From Dehalococcoidia bacterium LH_S1 (GTDB lineage: Bacteria > Chloroflexota > Dehalococcoidia > SZUA-161 > SpSt-899), in assembly GCA_023660035.1 (NCBI GenBank), contig JAGXOF010000003.1, forward strand, positions 1 through 34,208: DNA of 34,208 nt, read 5' to 3'. Shown piece after piece: positions 9,648 to 20,362 of the stretch (positions are counted from its first letter, which is position 1; every line of letters begins with the position of its first letter). A program made the position numbers and the translations under genes. The notes beneath the pieces are model-generated. The model was given only the letters and a program-made list of their open reading frames with translations, ran no database searches and was not told the DNA's origin.

Positions 9648-9961
9648 TGAGGAAGATTCGCAAGAACGACGAAGTGATGGTGATCTCAGGCAAGTATCGC
9701 GGGAGAAAGGCGAAAGTGCAGCGGGCTTTTCCCGACAGGGATTATGTGATTGTGGAAGGGGTCAACATGGTCAAAAGGCACATGAAGTCTACCCAGCAAG
9801 TGAGACAAGCGGGCATTGTGGAAAAAGAGGCTCCTATCCATGTCTCGGATGTGAAGCTTGTATGTAAGAAATGTAATCAGCCTACTCGAGTGGGGTTTAC
9901 TTATCTCGAGGATGGAAGCAAAGTCCGTGTATGCAGGAAGTGCCAAGAGGTGATTGATTAA
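9647..9961 (+). CDS. rplX: 50S ribosomal protein L24 (C-terminal CxxC..CxxC type)
   Basis: [24 protein letters not shown]. Confidence 0.97.
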   Translation: MRKIRKNDEVMVISGKYRGRKAKVQRAFPDRDYVIVEGVNMVKRHMKSTQQVRQAGIVEKEAPIHVSDVKLVCKKCNQPTRVGFTYLEDGSKVRVCRKCQEVID

Positions 9962-10503
9962 TGGCTGTCCCGAGACTTAAGAAAAGGTACGAAGAGGAAA
10001 TAGTGCCCCAGATGATGGAGGAGCGAGGGTATCAGAACTCTATGGGGGTACCCAAGCTTGAGAAGGTAGTTCTTAATATAGGTTTGGGTGAAGCTATTGA
10101 TAATGCTCGTGCTCTGGAGGCGGCATCAGGGGATCTTGCTACGATATCAGGGCAACGTCCGGTAGTTACCAAGGCAAAGAAGTCGATATCCAGTTTCAAG
10201 GTGCGAGAGGGGATGGTAATTGGGCTTATGGTAACGTTGCGGAAAAATAGAATGTATGATTTCTTCGACCGGATGGTAAGCACAGCTCTACCTAGGATAA
10301 GGGATTTTTCAGGGATATCCAGATATGCTTTTGACGGTCGGGGGAACTATTCCTTGGGAATAAAGGAACAGCTTATATTTCCCGAGATAAATTATGACAA
10401 GATTGATAGGGTTCGAGGGTTGCAGGTGTCTATTGTAACTACAGCAGGGGACGATGATGAGTCTAGGCGACTCTTGGAGCTTATGGGAATGCCATTCGCT
10501 TAG
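9961..10503 (+). CDS. rplE: 50S ribosomal protein L5
   Basis: [28 protein letters not shown]. Confidence 0.99.
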   Translation: MAVPRLKKRYEEEIVPQMMEERGYQNSMGVPKLEKVVLNIGLGEAIDNARALEAASGDLATISGQRPVVTKAKKSISSFKVREGMVIGLMVTLRKNRMYDFFDRMVSTALPRIRDFSGISRYAFDGRGNYSLGIKEQLIFPEINYDKIDRVRGLQVSIVTTAGDDDESRRLLELMGMPFA

Positions 10504-10515
10504 GAAGGAGTAAAC

Positions 10516-10701
10516 GTGGCCAAGACTTCTCAGATTATGAAATCTCAAAAGACTCAAAAGTATAAGGTAAGACACAGGAATCGTTGTAAGCTTTGCGGCA
10601 GACCTAGGGGGTATATCCGCGAGTTTGGACTGTGTCGCATATGCTTCCGGAAGTTAGCCAATGAGGGACAACTGCCCGGGATTCGGAAGTCTAGCTGGTA
10701 A
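10516..10701 (+). CDS. rpsN: 30S ribosomal protein S14, short zinc-binding type Z
   Basis: [21 protein letters not shown], 61 aa. Confidence 0.98.
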   Translation: MAKTSQIMKSQKTQKYKVRHRNRCKLCGRPRGYIREFGLCRICFRKLANEGQLPGIRKSSW

Positions 10702-10713
10702 GGGGGGAAACGC

Positions 10714-11106
10714 ATGGATGTAATAGGAGATATGCTAACCAGGATAAGGAATGCCAATATGGTCAGGCACAAGTCCGTGCAGATTCCTGCTTCGAGGCTC
10801 AGAACGGCCGTTGCTAAGGTCCTTAAGAATGAGGGATATATAAATGACTATGAGATACTCAAGGGCGAAACTCCACAAAGAGTAATGAAAATATATCTCA
10901 AGTATGTTGATAATAAGGAAGCCGTAGTGTCGGGACTTGAACGGGTAAGCAGACCTGGCTGCAGGGTGTATGCTGGAAAGGAAGAAGTCCCCAGGGTGTA
11001 TAGAGGATTAGGGATCGCAATATTGTCAACTACCCAAGGGATAATGACCGGCCAGGAGGGGCGGCGGCGTGGTATAGGTGGTGAGGTTTTGTGTAAGGTT
11101 TGGTAG
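10714..11106 (+). CDS. rpsH: 30S ribosomal protein S8
   Basis: DMLTRIRNA, RVSRPGxRVY, GGEVLC. Confidence 0.98.
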   Translation: MDVIGDMLTRIRNANMVRHKSVQIPASRLRTAVAKVLKNEGYINDYEILKGETPQRVMKIYLKYVDNKEAVVSGLERVSRPGCRVYAGKEEVPRVYRGLGIAILSTTQGIMTGQEGRRRGIGGEVLCKVW

Positions 11107-11115
11107 TAAGTCGAG

Positions 11116-11133
11116 AGCAGTGTATACACTGCT
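11116..11133. repeat. Perfect 18-bp palindrome between rpsH and rplF
   Basis: agcagtgtatacactgct equals its own reverse complement. Confidence 0.7.
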
Positions 11134-11154
11134 TTGTATGAGGGTATAGTCAAT

Positions 11155-11706
11155 ATGTCAAAACCGTGGGTAAAAACAATACCTGTTCCAGAGAATGTCA
11201 AGGTAGATATCAAAGGGAATGAAGTGGCTGTGACAGGTCCTAAGGGGACTTTGAGCTATTCTTTCCATACGGATATGTCTGTTAACCTAAGTGATGGGAC
11301 CGTCACAGTGTCGAGACCTACTGACAGCAAGGAGCATCGCACCTTGCTCGGAGTTACTGGTACGCTTATCGCTAATATAGTTCATGGCGTACATGAGGGG
11401 TTCCAAAAGCGGTTGCAGGTTGTAGGAGTCGGGTACCGAGCACAGGCATCAGAGGGTGAACTGATGCTCCGTGTAGGATATGCACAACCGGTTGAGATCA
11501 CACCTCCTCAGGGTGTCTCTGTCACTGTTGAAGAGAACAATGTGATAGTTGTCTCTGGCATTGATAAGGAGCTTGTAGGAGGAGTAGCGGCTAAGATCAG
11601 GGAAGTCAGACCACCTGATGCGTATAAGGGAAAGGGTATCAGGTATGCAGACGAGGAGTTGCATCTTAAACCAGGGAAAGCAGGTAAGATACGAGCCAAA
11701 GGCTAA
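11155..11706 (+). CDS. rplF: 50S ribosomal protein L6
   Basis: [25 protein letters not shown]; ATG 11155 chosen by length and gagg RBS. Confidence 0.97.
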   Translation: MSKPWVKTIPVPENVKVDIKGNEVAVTGPKGTLSYSFHTDMSVNLSDGTVTVSRPTDSKEHRTLLGVTGTLIANIVHGVHEGFQKRLQVVGVGYRAQASEGELMLRVGYAQPVEITPPQGVSVTVEENNVIVVSGIDKELVGGVAAKIREVRPPDAYKGKGIRYADEELHLKPGKAGKIRAKG

Positions 11707-12044
11707 TGGCGAGGAAAAGGAACAGGGAAACGAAGGCAAGACGCGCAGTTGGCACGGCTAATAGGCCACGCCTTTGCGTCTTTCGTAGCCTGAGATATAT
11801 TTATGGTCAGGTGATCGATGACACCACAGGTCATACCCTTGTGTCAGCTTGTTCGTTTGATCTCAATGGGAATGCATCTGGTTCATCCAAGACTGAGCAG
11901 GCAAAGCAGGTTGGTGATTTGTTGGGTAAAAGGGCTCTGGCGAAAGGAGTTCAACAGGTTGCCTTTGACAGGAGGAGATATAAATACCATGGTCGGGTCA
12001 AGGCACTTGCCGACGGAGCAAGAGAAGCTGGACTGAATTTCTGA
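11706..12044 (+). CDS. rplR: 50S ribosomal protein L18
   Basis: RPRLx[24 protein letters not shown]. Confidence 0.97.
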   Translation: MARKRNRETKARRAVGTANRPRLCVFRSLRYIYGQVIDDTTGHTLVSACSFDLNGNASGSSKTEQAKQVGDLLGKRALAKGVQQVAFDRRRYKYHGRVKALADGAREAGLNF

Positions 12045-12054
12045 GGTTTTATAT

Positions 12055-12600
12055 ATGAAGGAAAAGGTTAATCCAGAAGAGCTGAATCTCGCAGAAAATT
12101 TGGTTTATATAAGGCGGGTTGCGAAAACGACAACTGGCGGCAGGAGGCTTGCCTTCAGCGCCCTTATGGTGGTTGGTGATAATGAAGGGCATGTGGGGTT
12201 TGGGCTTGGTAAAGGGAAGGAGATACCGGTTGCTATTAGTAAAGGGACCGCCAGGGCCAAGAAAAACCTCATACGCCTTCCCATGAAGGGGGGTACTATT
12301 ACCCATGAAATAAAGGCTAAGTTCGGAGCTGCTGAGGTTTTTCTCAAGCCCGCTTCTCCAGGAACGGGTGTGATGGCAGGAAGAGCTGTTAGATCTGTGG
12401 TTGAAGCGGCTGGAATAAGGGATATTTTAACGAAGTCCATGGGTAGTTCCAACTCTGTTAATGTGGTGCAGGCGACTCTGAGAGCCTTGAGTTTGCTTAA
12501 AGATCCCCAGGAGGAATTTGTCAAGAGAGGCAAAGTAGCACCCAAATCGGGTGAAGAAAGTAAGTCAGAGGAAAACGTTGAGGAGAGTGAGCAACAGTGA
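12055..12600 (+). CDS. rpsE: 30S ribosomal protein S5
   Basis: RVAKxxxGGR, VVGD, PASPGTG. Confidence 0.98.
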   Translation: MKEKVNPEELNLAENLVYIRRVAKTTTGGRRLAFSALMVVGDNEGHVGFGLGKGKEIPVAISKGTARAKKNLIRLPMKGGTITHEIKAKFGAAEVFLKPASPGTGVMAGRAVRSVVEAAGIRDILTKSMGSSNSVNVVQATLRALSLLKDPQEEFVKRGKVAPKSGEESKSEENVEESEQQ

Positions 12601-13043
12601 GGCAAAATGGGTTAAAACCCAGTGTAGGTGCTAAGCAAAAGCGCAAGCAGGTGGGGCGTGGAGTAGGAACCGGGCATGGAACTTATTCTTGTTGTGGCAT
12701 AAAAGGCCAGAACGCTCGCTCTGGTGGCGGTGTGCACCCCCTCTTCGATGGCAAGGCGGACAGTCTGATAAAGTGTCTCCCGAAGAAACGAGGCTTTAAT
12801 AATCCCTTCAGGGTAGATTATAATGCTGTCAATCTTGAGTCTCTTAAAGCCTTTCCTGAGGGAAGCGAGATTACACCAGAGAAGCTGATATCAACAGGTA
12901 TTGTTAAGAGAAAGAGCAAGCCAGTGAAGGTGTTGGGAGAGGGCGATATAGACAGGCAGCTGGTGGTGAAGGCACATAGGTTCTCATGTGTGGCGAGGGA
13001 GAAAATAGAAGCTGCAGGAGGAACAGTAGAGGTGATCCGCTGA
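12597..13043 (+). CDS. rplO: 50S ribosomal protein L15
   Basis: GRGxGTG, KGQNARSG, VKVLGEG, KIEAAGG. Confidence 0.96.
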   Translation: MRQNGLKPSVGAKQKRKQVGRGVGTGHGTYSCCGIKGQNARSGGGVHPLFDGKADSLIKCLPKKRGFNNPFRVDYNAVNLESLKAFPEGSEITPEKLISTGIVKRKSKPVKVLGEGDIDRQLVVKAHRFSCVAREKIEAAGGTVEVIR

Positions 13044-14407
13044 TGCAGCGAACTGCAAAACAGGGTGCAATGCCCAAACTCATGCAGGCGGTCATTGATT
13101 CCCTCCATCACCCTGACCTCAGGCGGAAGCTGTTCATCACTTTTGGCATCCTCGTAATATTCCGTTTTATGGCCCAAATCCCCGTTCCGGGGGTTGATCT
13201 TCAGGCACTTGAGCAGCTTTTTGAGCAGAATCAGCTCTTGGGCATGCTGGACCTGTTTAGCGGCGGTGCTATGCGCAGATTGAGCATAGTTGCCATGGGG
13301 GTTTATCCTTACATAACGTCCACAATTATAATGCAATTGCTTGTGCCAGTTGTCCCCAAGTTGCAGGCGATAGCGAGTGAAGGTGATGAGGGCACGCAGA
13401 AGATCAATCAATATACATACTGGCTTACCGTGCCTTTGGCTATGCTTCAGGGATATGGGCAATTGGTTCTATTTAGCCGGCCTATGTCAGGTATGTCACA
13501 ACCAGCTATCAGTGGCGTGGGGTTGTCCGGGGAAAACTTGCTTCCTACTGTCTCGATGATATTGTGTTTGACGGCGGGCACGATGTTCCTGGTATGGCTG
13601 GGAGACCGGATCACTGAGCATGGCATTGGCAACGGCATCTCAATAATTATATTTGGCGGGATTGTAGCAGTAATGCCAACGAATATAGGGCAAAGCTATC
13701 TGACTGTAGGGGTTGGAGGGTTGCTAAAACTGCTAATACTGCTTATAGCAATCGCATTCTTTATAGTATATGTAAATGAGGGAGCTCGGCGCATTCCCGT
13801 TCAATATTCGAGAAGCATCTTTCGGGGCGGAAGAGTGTATCGGCAAAGCGGTGGGACCCATATCCCGCTTCGAGTGAATTCGGCTGGGATGATCCCGCTA
13901 ATATTTGCTATGGCGATAATGATTTTCCCGGGGACAGTAGCCAGTTATTTTATGAGTCAGTCGGGGGATCCTAATATAGCGAATTTTATTTACAACCTTT
14001 TCGACTCCGGAGGCAATTACTGGTGGTTCTATTGGGGAGCTTACTTCTGGCTCGTCGTTGGATTTACTTTCTTCTACACAATGACCATCTTTCAGCAACA
14101 GAATATACCTGAGACTCTGCAAAAGCAGGGAGGTTTCATACCAGGCATTCGTCCGGGAAAGCCGACTTCCGGGTATCTTAATGCTGTGAATACCCGTATT
14201 ACCTGGGGAGGGGCAATCTTCCTTGGATTGGTTGCTGTAATGCCTCTATTGGGTGGAGTTCTCGTTGGTGCCTCGGTGGCCAATGCACAGAACCTGATGA
14301 TCCTCAGCAGCGCGGGAATGCTGATTGTGGTGGGAGTGGTTCTGGATACCATGAGGCAGATGGAGGCACAACTCTTGATGCGTCATTATGAAGGATTTAT
14401 TAAGTAA
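13043..14407 (+). CDS. secY: Preprotein translocase subunit SecY
   Basis: GVYPYITSTIIMQLL, GIGNGISIIIF, FIPGIRPG; ATG overlaps the rplO stop. Confidence 0.98.
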   Translation: MQRTAKQGAMPKLMQAVIDSLHHPDLRRKLFITFGILVIFRFMAQIPVPGVDLQALEQLFEQNQLLGMLDLFSGGAMRRLSIVAMGVYPYITSTIIMQLLVPVVPKLQAIASEGDEGTQKINQYTYWLTVPLAMLQGYGQLVLFSRPMSGMSQPAISGVGLSGENLLPTVSMILCLTAGTMFLVWLGDRITEHGIGNGISIIIFGGIVAVMPTNIGQSYLTVGVGGLLKLLILLIAIAFFIVYVNEGARRIPVQYSRSIFRGGRVYRQSGGTHIPLRVNSAGMIPLIFAMAIMIFPGTVASYFMSQSGDPNIANFIYNLFDSGGNYWWFYWGAYFWLVVGFTFFYTMTIFQQQNIPETLQKQGGFIPGIRPGKPTSGYLNAVNTRITWGGAIFLGLVAVMPLLGGVLVGASVANAQNLMILSSAGMLIVVGVVLDTMRQMEAQLLMRHYEGFIK

Positions 14408-14417
14408 GAGGTAGTAA

Positions 14418-15059
14418 ATGAATATAATACTGTTAGGTGCACCGGGTGCAGGTAAGGGAACGCAAGCTGTGGTTTTATCACAAAAGTTATCCCTAGCACA
14501 TATCGCATCGGGGGATTTGTTCAGGCAGGCGCAGAATAGCGGGACTGAATTAGGGAATACAGCTAAGTCCTACATGGAGAAGGGCCTTCTTGTGCCTGAT
14601 GAAATAACAGTTAAAATGGTATTGGAGCGAATTTCTGAGCCTGATTGCGCCAATGGGTTTATCCTGGATGGTTTCCCGAGGAACCTCGAACAGGCCAAAG
14701 CTTTAGAGAAAGTTCTGAATGACAAAGGCCAGGGTATTGATAAGGTAGTCTACATAAAGGTGCCCGAGGAAGAGCTTGTGAGGCGCCTTGCGGGACGCCG
14801 GATTTGTCGGAATTGCCAAACTCCTTATCATGTAACTGATATGCCTCCGAAGGTGGAGGGGAAGTGTGATCGGTGTGGTGGAGAGCTTTATCAGAGGCCT
14901 GATGATAAGGAAGAGACGGTGCGCAGCCGGATAAAAGTCTATTCCGAGGAGACAGCTCCCTTGGTTGATTACTATAGGAAAGCCGGGAAATTGCTGGAGG
15001 TAGATGGTGCACAGGGGGCGAAGAAGGTAACTAACGAATTAGTAGATGCTTTAACATAG
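14418..15059 (+). CDS. adk: Adenylate kinase (zinc LID)
   Basis: GAPGAGKGTQ, LDGFPR, CxxC..CxxC lid. Confidence 0.98.
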   Translation: MNIILLGAPGAGKGTQAVVLSQKLSLAHIASGDLFRQAQNSGTELGNTAKSYMEKGLLVPDEITVKMVLERISEPDCANGFILDGFPRNLEQAKALEKVLNDKGQGIDKVVYIKVPEEELVRRLAGRRICRNCQTPYHVTDMPPKVEGKCDRCGGELYQRPDDKEETVRSRIKVYSEETAPLVDYYRKAGKLLEVDGAQGAKKVTNELVDALT

Positions 15060-15068
15060 GAGAGTGAC

Positions 15069-15818
15069 ATGGGGATTATTGTTAAGTCACCACGTGAATT
15101 GGAGGGGATGAGGAAAGCCGGAAAGATCACGGCAGCTATCCTTGATACTTTAAGAAGTGAGGTAAGGCCGGGTATAACCACAAGTATGTTGGATGATGTC
15201 GCTGTTAGGGAATTGGAACGGCATGGTGCTGTCTCTTCTTTTAAAGGATATAGGGGGTACCCTAATTCTGTTTGTGCTTCTATAAATGAGCAGCTTGTTC
15301 ACGGTATCCCTGGCGAGCGGAAGTTGAAAGAAGGGGATATAATAAGTATAGACTTTGCTTCAGTTTATGAAGGCTTTCACGGCGACGCAGCGTTCACAGT
15401 GGGGGTAGGAGAGATAAGTGCTGAGGCAGAACGGCTGCTTGCCACGACTGAGGGAGCTTTGAAAGCTGGCATATCAGCGGCACGTGAAGGGGCGCATTTG
15501 GGAGATATTTCCGCTGCCATCCAGGAGTATGGGGAAAGTCGAGAATTCTCTGTGGTTCGGGAATATGTGGGACACGGGATAGGAAGAGAGATGCACGAGG
15601 ACCCGCAGATTCCAAATTTCGGTAGTCCTGGGCAGGGCCCAGTGCTAAAGAGGGGGATGACCATGGCCTTGGAACCTATGGTAAATGCCGGGGGGTGGCG
15701 GACAAAGGTGCTCCCTGACCAGTGGACTGTGGTTACGGCTGACGGTAGTCTTTCAGCTCATTTTGAGAATAGTATCGCTATTGCCGGTGATCAGGCGGAG
15801 ATATTAACCCTCTTGTAA
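15069..15818 (+). CDS. map: Type I methionine aminopeptidase
   Basis: HGIP, GHGIGREMHEDP, EPM, SAHFE. Confidence 0.98.
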   Translation: MGIIVKSPRELEGMRKAGKITAAILDTLRSEVRPGITTSMLDDVAVRELERHGAVSSFKGYRGYPNSVCASINEQLVHGIPGERKLKEGDIISIDFASVYEGFHGDAAFTVGVGEISAEAERLLATTEGALKAGISAAREGAHLGDISAAIQEYGESREFSVVREYVGHGIGREMHEDPQIPNFGSPGQGPVLKRGMTMALEPMVNAGGWRTKVLPDQWTVVTADGSLSAHFENSIAIAGDQAEILTLL

Positions 15819-15880
15819 GCGGGGGCAGCTTCAGAGCTTAGAAGAGGTTAAGGACTGAAAGCTTATTATTAGGGAGGTTG

Positions 15881-16096
15881 ATGGCAAAAAAAGAAGCCAT
15901 TGAGGTAGAGGGAACGGTTGTAGAGCCGTTGCCCAATGGCATGTTTAGGGTGGAATTACCTAACGGACATATAGTGCTTGCTCATGCTTCGGGCAAGATG
16001 CGAAGATATTTTATAAAGGTTGTTCGAGGTGATAGGGTCTTGGTGGAGCTTTCACCGTACGATTTGTCGCGTGGAAGGGTGACTTATCGGCTTTAG
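15881..16096 (+). CDS. infA: Translation initiation factor IF-1
   Basis: [24 protein letters not shown]. Confidence 0.98.
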   Translation: MAKKEAIEVEGTVVEPLPNGMFRVELPNGHIVLAHASGKMRRYFIKVVRGDRVLVELSPYDLSRGRVTYRL

Positions 16097-16120
16097 TATA
16101 GAGGGGTTAGGTGATATAAT

Positions 16121-16234
16121 ATGAAAGTCAGAGCATCAGTTAAACCAAGGTGCAATAAGTGCAAAGTGGTAAAACGTAAGGGAGTACTTAGGGTCATTTG
16201 CTCCAATCGCAGGCATAATCAGAGGCAGGGCTAG
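16121..16234 (+). CDS. rpmJ: 50S ribosomal protein L36 (absent from the ORF track)
   Basis: Manual translation [37 protein letters not shown]. Confidence 0.97.
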   Translation: MKVRASVKPRCNKCKVVKRKGVLRVICSNRRHNQRQG

Positions 16235-16277
16235 GAGAGTATGATGGCTAAATTCATTATCTTAAGGAGTAAACAAA

Positions 16278-16667
16278 ATGCCACGCGTTGCAGGCGCTGA
16301 TATTCCAGCAAACAAACATGTGGAAATAGCTCTCCGGTATATCTATGGGGTTGGTCCCACCCTGAGCAAACAGGTGGTGGAAAAGGCCGGCATCGATCCA
16401 ACGATAAGGGGGAAGGATCTTGATGATAATGATCTGGATCGCATCCGTGAGGTAATTGATAAAGACTATAAGGTTGAAGGTGACTTGAGGAAGGAGATCA
16501 ATTTCAACCTCAAGCGCCTTGTTGAGATAGGGAGCTACCGTGGTGTACGCTATCGGCGAGGGTTGCCCGTGCATGGACAAAGAACCAAGACTAATGCCCG
16601 GACGAAACGTGGTCCGCGCAAGACCGTGGCTGGAAGAGGCCGCCGTGGTGGTTCCGGTAAGAAGTAG
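16278..16667 (+). CDS. rpsM: 30S ribosomal protein S13
   Basis: [26 protein letters not shown]. Confidence 0.98.
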   Translation: MPRVAGADIPANKHVEIALRYIYGVGPTLSKQVVEKAGIDPTIRGKDLDDNDLDRIREVIDKDYKVEGDLRKEINFNLKRLVEIGSYRGVRYRRGLPVHGQRTKTNARTKRGPRKTVAGRGRRGGSGKK

Positions 16668-16718
16668 CACAGGCGTTCATCTTTTATCACTAACCGGGTG
16701 TTTCTTAAGGAGGAGATT

Positions 16719-17117
16719 GTGTCGCCAAAGAGAAAAGGAACTGCAGGTATCAAAAGACGTGAGCGTAAAGGTATAGCGAAGGGTTGTGCTTATATACAGT
16801 CTACCTTTAACAATACAATCATTACGCTGACTGATGACAATGGAAATGTTATAACCTCTGGCAGTGCCGGGACAGTGGGATTTAAAGGAACCCGCAAGGG
16901 GACTGCTTTCGCTGCTCAAAGGGCTGCTTCCGAGGTGGCTCGTCGTGGTGCTGAGCATGGCTTGCAGCAGGTCGATGTTTATATAAAGGGCCCTGGCAGC
17001 GGGCGGGAAGCCGCGATTCGGACCCTGCAGTCCAGTGGTCTTAACATTGCAAGCATAAAGGACATCACCCCTACGCCGCATAATGGGTGTCGTCCACGGA
17101 AAAGGAGGCGGGTATAA
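16719..17117 (+). CDS. rpsK: 30S ribosomal protein S11
   Basis: STFNNTI, GPGSGRE, PHNGCRP; GTG after aaggagg. Confidence 0.98.
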   Translation: MSPKRKGTAGIKRRERKGIAKGCAYIQSTFNNTIITLTDDNGNVITSGSAGTVGFKGTRKGTAFAAQRAASEVARRGAEHGLQQVDVYIKGPGSGREAAIRTLQSSGLNIASIKDITPTPHNGCRPRKRRRV

Positions 17118-17131
17118 CCCAGGGAGGGAAT

Positions 17132-17761
17132 ATGGCTCGTTACATGGGGCCTGTTTGTAGAATTTGTAGACGTCAAGGTGAGAAATTAATGCTCAAGGGG
17201 GGACGGTGTTTTACCCCTAAATGCCCCTTGGAGCGGAAGCGGTATCCGCCAGGACAAAGAGGCACTGGGCGTCCGAAGAAGATGTCCGAGTATGGTGTTC
17301 GACTTCTGGAGAAACAGAAAGCGAAGCATATCTATGGTGTACTGGAGCGCCAGATGCGGAGGCATTTTGCTCAGGCAGAGAAACTTCCTGGCCGGGCAGG
17401 GGAAAACCTGGTGACCGTGTTGGAAACCAGGTTGGATAGTGTAATTTACCGTGCTGGGTTTGTTGAGAGCCGTCGTCAAGCCAGGCAGTTGGTTCAGCAT
17501 GGATACTTTACCATCAATGGTCGCAGGACGAATATACCATCGGTTTTGGTAAAACCGGGTGATGTCATTGCATGGAAGCAGGGTAAGGACAAACGTGTTC
17601 CTTACGAATCTGCTGCCCAGAGCGTTGCTGCTAAGCATGTGCCGGCATGGTTGAGCGTCGATGATAAGTCCCTTGCAGTAAAGGTTCTGTCCCAACCGTC
17701 CAAAGAAGATATCGATGTTACTATAAATGGAAGGCTAATAGTAGAGCTTTATTCGAGGTAA
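17132..17761 (+). CDS. rpsD: 30S ribosomal protein S4 (cysteine-containing type)
   Basis: MARYxGPVCRICRR, EKQK, LETRLD, ARQLVxHG. Confidence 0.98.
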   Translation: MARYMGPVCRICRRQGEKLMLKGGRCFTPKCPLERKRYPPGQRGTGRPKKMSEYGVRLLEKQKAKHIYGVLERQMRRHFAQAEKLPGRAGENLVTVLETRLDSVIYRAGFVESRRQARQLVQHGYFTINGRRTNIPSVLVKPGDVIAWKQGKDKRVPYESAAQSVAAKHVPAWLSVDDKSLAVKVLSQPSKEDIDVTINGRLIVELYSR

Positions 17762-17787
17762 AGGTTGTGTTGCAGGAGGTTGAGAAT

Positions 17788-18813
17788 TTGGCTGAGGATA
17801 TCAATCCGACAGTAAACTATGAAGTAATCTCCGAGAATCGGGGGGTTTTTGCAGTAGAGCCGCTGGGGCCCGGTTACGGAACTACCTTAGGGAATCCTCT
17901 GAGGAGGGTCCTTCTAAGCTCACTGCCGGGTGCTGCAGTGACGACAGTCAAAATAGACGGTGTTCAGCATGAATTTTCCACTATTCCTCATATGAAAGAG
18001 GATGTGTTGGAATTCCTGTTGAATGTGAAGGGAATCAGGCTGCGCTATCTCTCGGAGCGTTCTGACACACTTCACCTTGAAGCGAGTGGTGAAGGTGAGG
18101 TGTGTGCCAGGGATATAAAGCCCTCAGCCGTGTTTGAGATTATTAACCCTGATCACCATCTCGCTACCTTGGAGTCTCCTGAAGCAAAGCTTGATGTGGA
18201 GTTGACAGTTGAAATAGGAGAGGGGTATGTGATTGCCCCTTCTGCAAGTGGCCAACCCATAGGGGTTTTGCCTGTAGACGCGGTTTTTACCCCGATTCGG
18301 AATGTGAATTATAGAGTTGAGAAGACCAGGATTGGACATCGGGGAGATTATGATCGGTTAATCCTTGATGTCTCTACTGATGGCACTGTTCCTCCTGAAA
18401 AAGCCGTTGTCGAGGCTGCTCAGATACTGTCCAATCAGTTTGGTATGTTTGAGGTACTGGGTAGACCGAGGGAAGAGGAAGCCGTTGCTGGATCAGGGGA
18501 GGGTGGTGCTTTGGCAGGCGAGGCTGATATTCCCCTTGACCAGTTGGAGTTGTCTCTGAGGACTATGAATGCCCTTCGGAGGGCTGGGATCACCACTGTG
18601 GGAATGCTGATGGGAAAGAGCAAGAAGGAATTGTTGAACCTGAGCAACTTTGGGCCGAAGTCCTGGGATGAGGTTCAGGATTGTTTAGGGCAAGCTGGTT
18701 TGACTAAGGGCTCTGAAGGTGAAGCCGCAGCGGGTGAAGAGAGTGAAACCGAAGAAATGAAAGAGATGAGGCAAAAGTTGCAAGAGAAATTCCCGGTTAG
18801 GAGGGGTAAGTGA
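17788..18813 (+). CDS. rpoA: RNA polymerase subunit alpha
   Basis: [22 protein letters not shown], HEFSTI, DAVFTP, NFGxKS; TTG after aggagg. Confidence 0.98.
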   Translation: MAEDINPTVNYEVISENRGVFAVEPLGPGYGTTLGNPLRRVLLSSLPGAAVTTVKIDGVQHEFSTIPHMKEDVLEFLLNVKGIRLRYLSERSDTLHLEASGEGEVCARDIKPSAVFEIINPDHHLATLESPEAKLDVELTVEIGEGYVIAPSASGQPIGVLPVDAVFTPIRNVNYRVEKTRIGHRGDYDRLILDVSTDGTVPPEKAVVEAAQILSNQFGMFEVLGRPREEEAVAGSGEGGALAGEADIPLDQLELSLRTMNALRRAGITTVGMLMGKSKKELLNLSNFGPKSWDEVQDCLGQAGLTKGSEGEAAAGEESETEEMKEMRQKLQEKFPVRRGK

Positions 18814-19169
18814 GGCATCGTGTAGCGGGGAGGAAACTCTCACGGGAAACAAGTCATCGAAGGATGTTATTTCGTAATCAGGTAACCGAGCTTTTGCGAT
18901 ACGGGAAGATTGTGACCACACAGGCGAAAGCTAAAGAGGTGCGCCCATTAGCCGAGGAGATGATAACCCTGGGTAAAGATGGCGATCTGCATTCTCGTCG
19001 CCAGGCTTCGGAATTTTTAACCGACCGTAAAGTAGTGAAGAAGCTGTTTGATGAGATTGGTCCGAAATATGGAAATCGAAATGGCGGCTACACGAGGATA
19101 TTCAAGCTCGGTAGGCGCCTGGGTGATGGTGCCCCTGTTGCTCGGTTAGAGCTAGTGGAAGGGGAATAA
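18810..19169 (+). CDS. rplQ: 50S ribosomal protein L17
   Basis: [23 protein letters not shown]. Confidence 0.98.
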   Translation: MRHRVAGRKLSRETSHRRMLFRNQVTELLRYGKIVTTQAKAKEVRPLAEEMITLGKDGDLHSRRQASEFLTDRKVVKKLFDEIGPKYGNRNGGYTRIFKLGRRLGDGAPVARLELVEGE

Positions 19170-19170
19170 G

Positions 19171-19926
19171 ATTGGCAACATCGCTTTACTCCTTGAGTAT
19201 GAGGGTACGGGGTATCATGGTTTCCAGGTTCAGAATGGTGTTCCTACCATCCAGGGGGAGCTGGAAAAGGCGATATGGCAGGTCACTGGGGAGGTTGTGC
19301 GAGTTCGGGGTGCCGGCCGCACCGATGCTGGTGTCCATGCCAGGGGGCAAGTGGCCGCTTTTGAGACCGAATCCACTCTTCCTCAACATACTCTCGTGAA
19401 GGCATTGAACTTTTACTTGCCGTTGGATATAGTTGTTAGGAATGCCTGTGAAGTTAACGCAACGTTTGATCCGAGAAGAAATGCTCTTAGCCGCTGGTAT
19501 CGCTATATTATCCTGAATAGACCGACACGTTCGCCTTTGTGGCGTAAATGGGCATATTTTGTAGCAAAAGAGTTGGATATGGATGTCATGAGGAGAGCGG
19601 CCAAGTTGCTGGTGGGAGAGCATGATTTTGCGGCATTTGCAGGAACGCAAGGGTTGCCTGAGAATACAGTGTGTACGGTCTCCAGGGCGGGTATTTCTAG
19701 GCAAGGTGAATTGGTGCTGTTCGATATTGTAGCAAACGCTTTTTTGCCTCATCAGGTGCGGCATACCGTTGGATCTCTGATAAAGCTTGGGTTGGGTAAA
19801 GATAGCATCGACCATTTTTACGATCTGTTGAATTATGCTACTATAGGGGAGGTAGCAATGGCAGCTCCGCCGTGCGGCCTGTATTTGATGGAAGTAAATT
19901 ATTCTGATATAGGGTTTGAACAATGA
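19171..19926 (+). CDS. truA: tRNA pseudouridine(38-40) synthase; start codon uncertain (ATT or frameshifted TTG)
   Basis: [16 protein letters not shown] upstream of the listed [18 protein letters not shown], FLxHQVR. Confidence 0.9.
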   Translation: MGNIALLLEYEGTGYHGFQVQNGVPTIQGELEKAIWQVTGEVVRVRGAGRTDAGVHARGQVAAFETESTLPQHTLVKALNFYLPLDIVVRNACEVNATFDPRRNALSRWYRYIILNRPTRSPLWRKWAYFVAKELDMDVMRRAAKLLVGEHDFAAFAGTQGLPENTVCTVSRAGISRQGELVLFDIVANAFLPHQVRHTVGSLIKLGLGKDSIDHFYDLLNYATIGEVAMAAPPCGLYLMEVNYSDIGFEQ

Positions 19927-20360
19927 AAACATACAGTACAAAAGCAGCGGATATTAAACGTGAGTGGCATGTTATTGATGCATCGGATAAGGTATTAGGG
20001 CGGCTGGCAACCGAGGTTGCTACCCTCCTTCGAGGGAAGCACAAAGCTATGTATGTTCCGCACCTTGATACAGGGGATTACGTTGTGGTAGTTAATGCAG
20101 CTAAAGTGCGTGTAACGGGCAACAAGGCAGAGAAAAAAATGTACTACTGGCATACAGGGTACCCCGGAGGAATCAAGTCTGTGCCATTTGAGGAAATGGT
20201 GGAAACATATCCGTCCAGGGTTATAACCCACGCGGTAAATGGCATGCTCCCTAAGAATAGATTGGGCCGGTCGATGTTGCAAAAGTTAAAGGTTTATGAG
20301 GGGCCAACTCACCCACATGAGGCCCAATTGGGATCTGGAAGCAAGGTTGAGGAGGGTTAA
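19923..20360 (+). CDS. rplM: 50S ribosomal protein L13
   Basis: [28 protein letters not shown]. Confidence 0.98.
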   Translation: MKTYSTKAADIKREWHVIDASDKVLGRLATEVATLLRGKHKAMYVPHLDTGDYVVVVNAAKVRVTGNKAEKKMYYWHTGYPGGIKSVPFEEMVETYPSRVITHAVNGMLPKNRLGRSMLQKLKVYEGPTHPHEAQLGSGSKVEEG

Positions 20361-20362
20361 CT

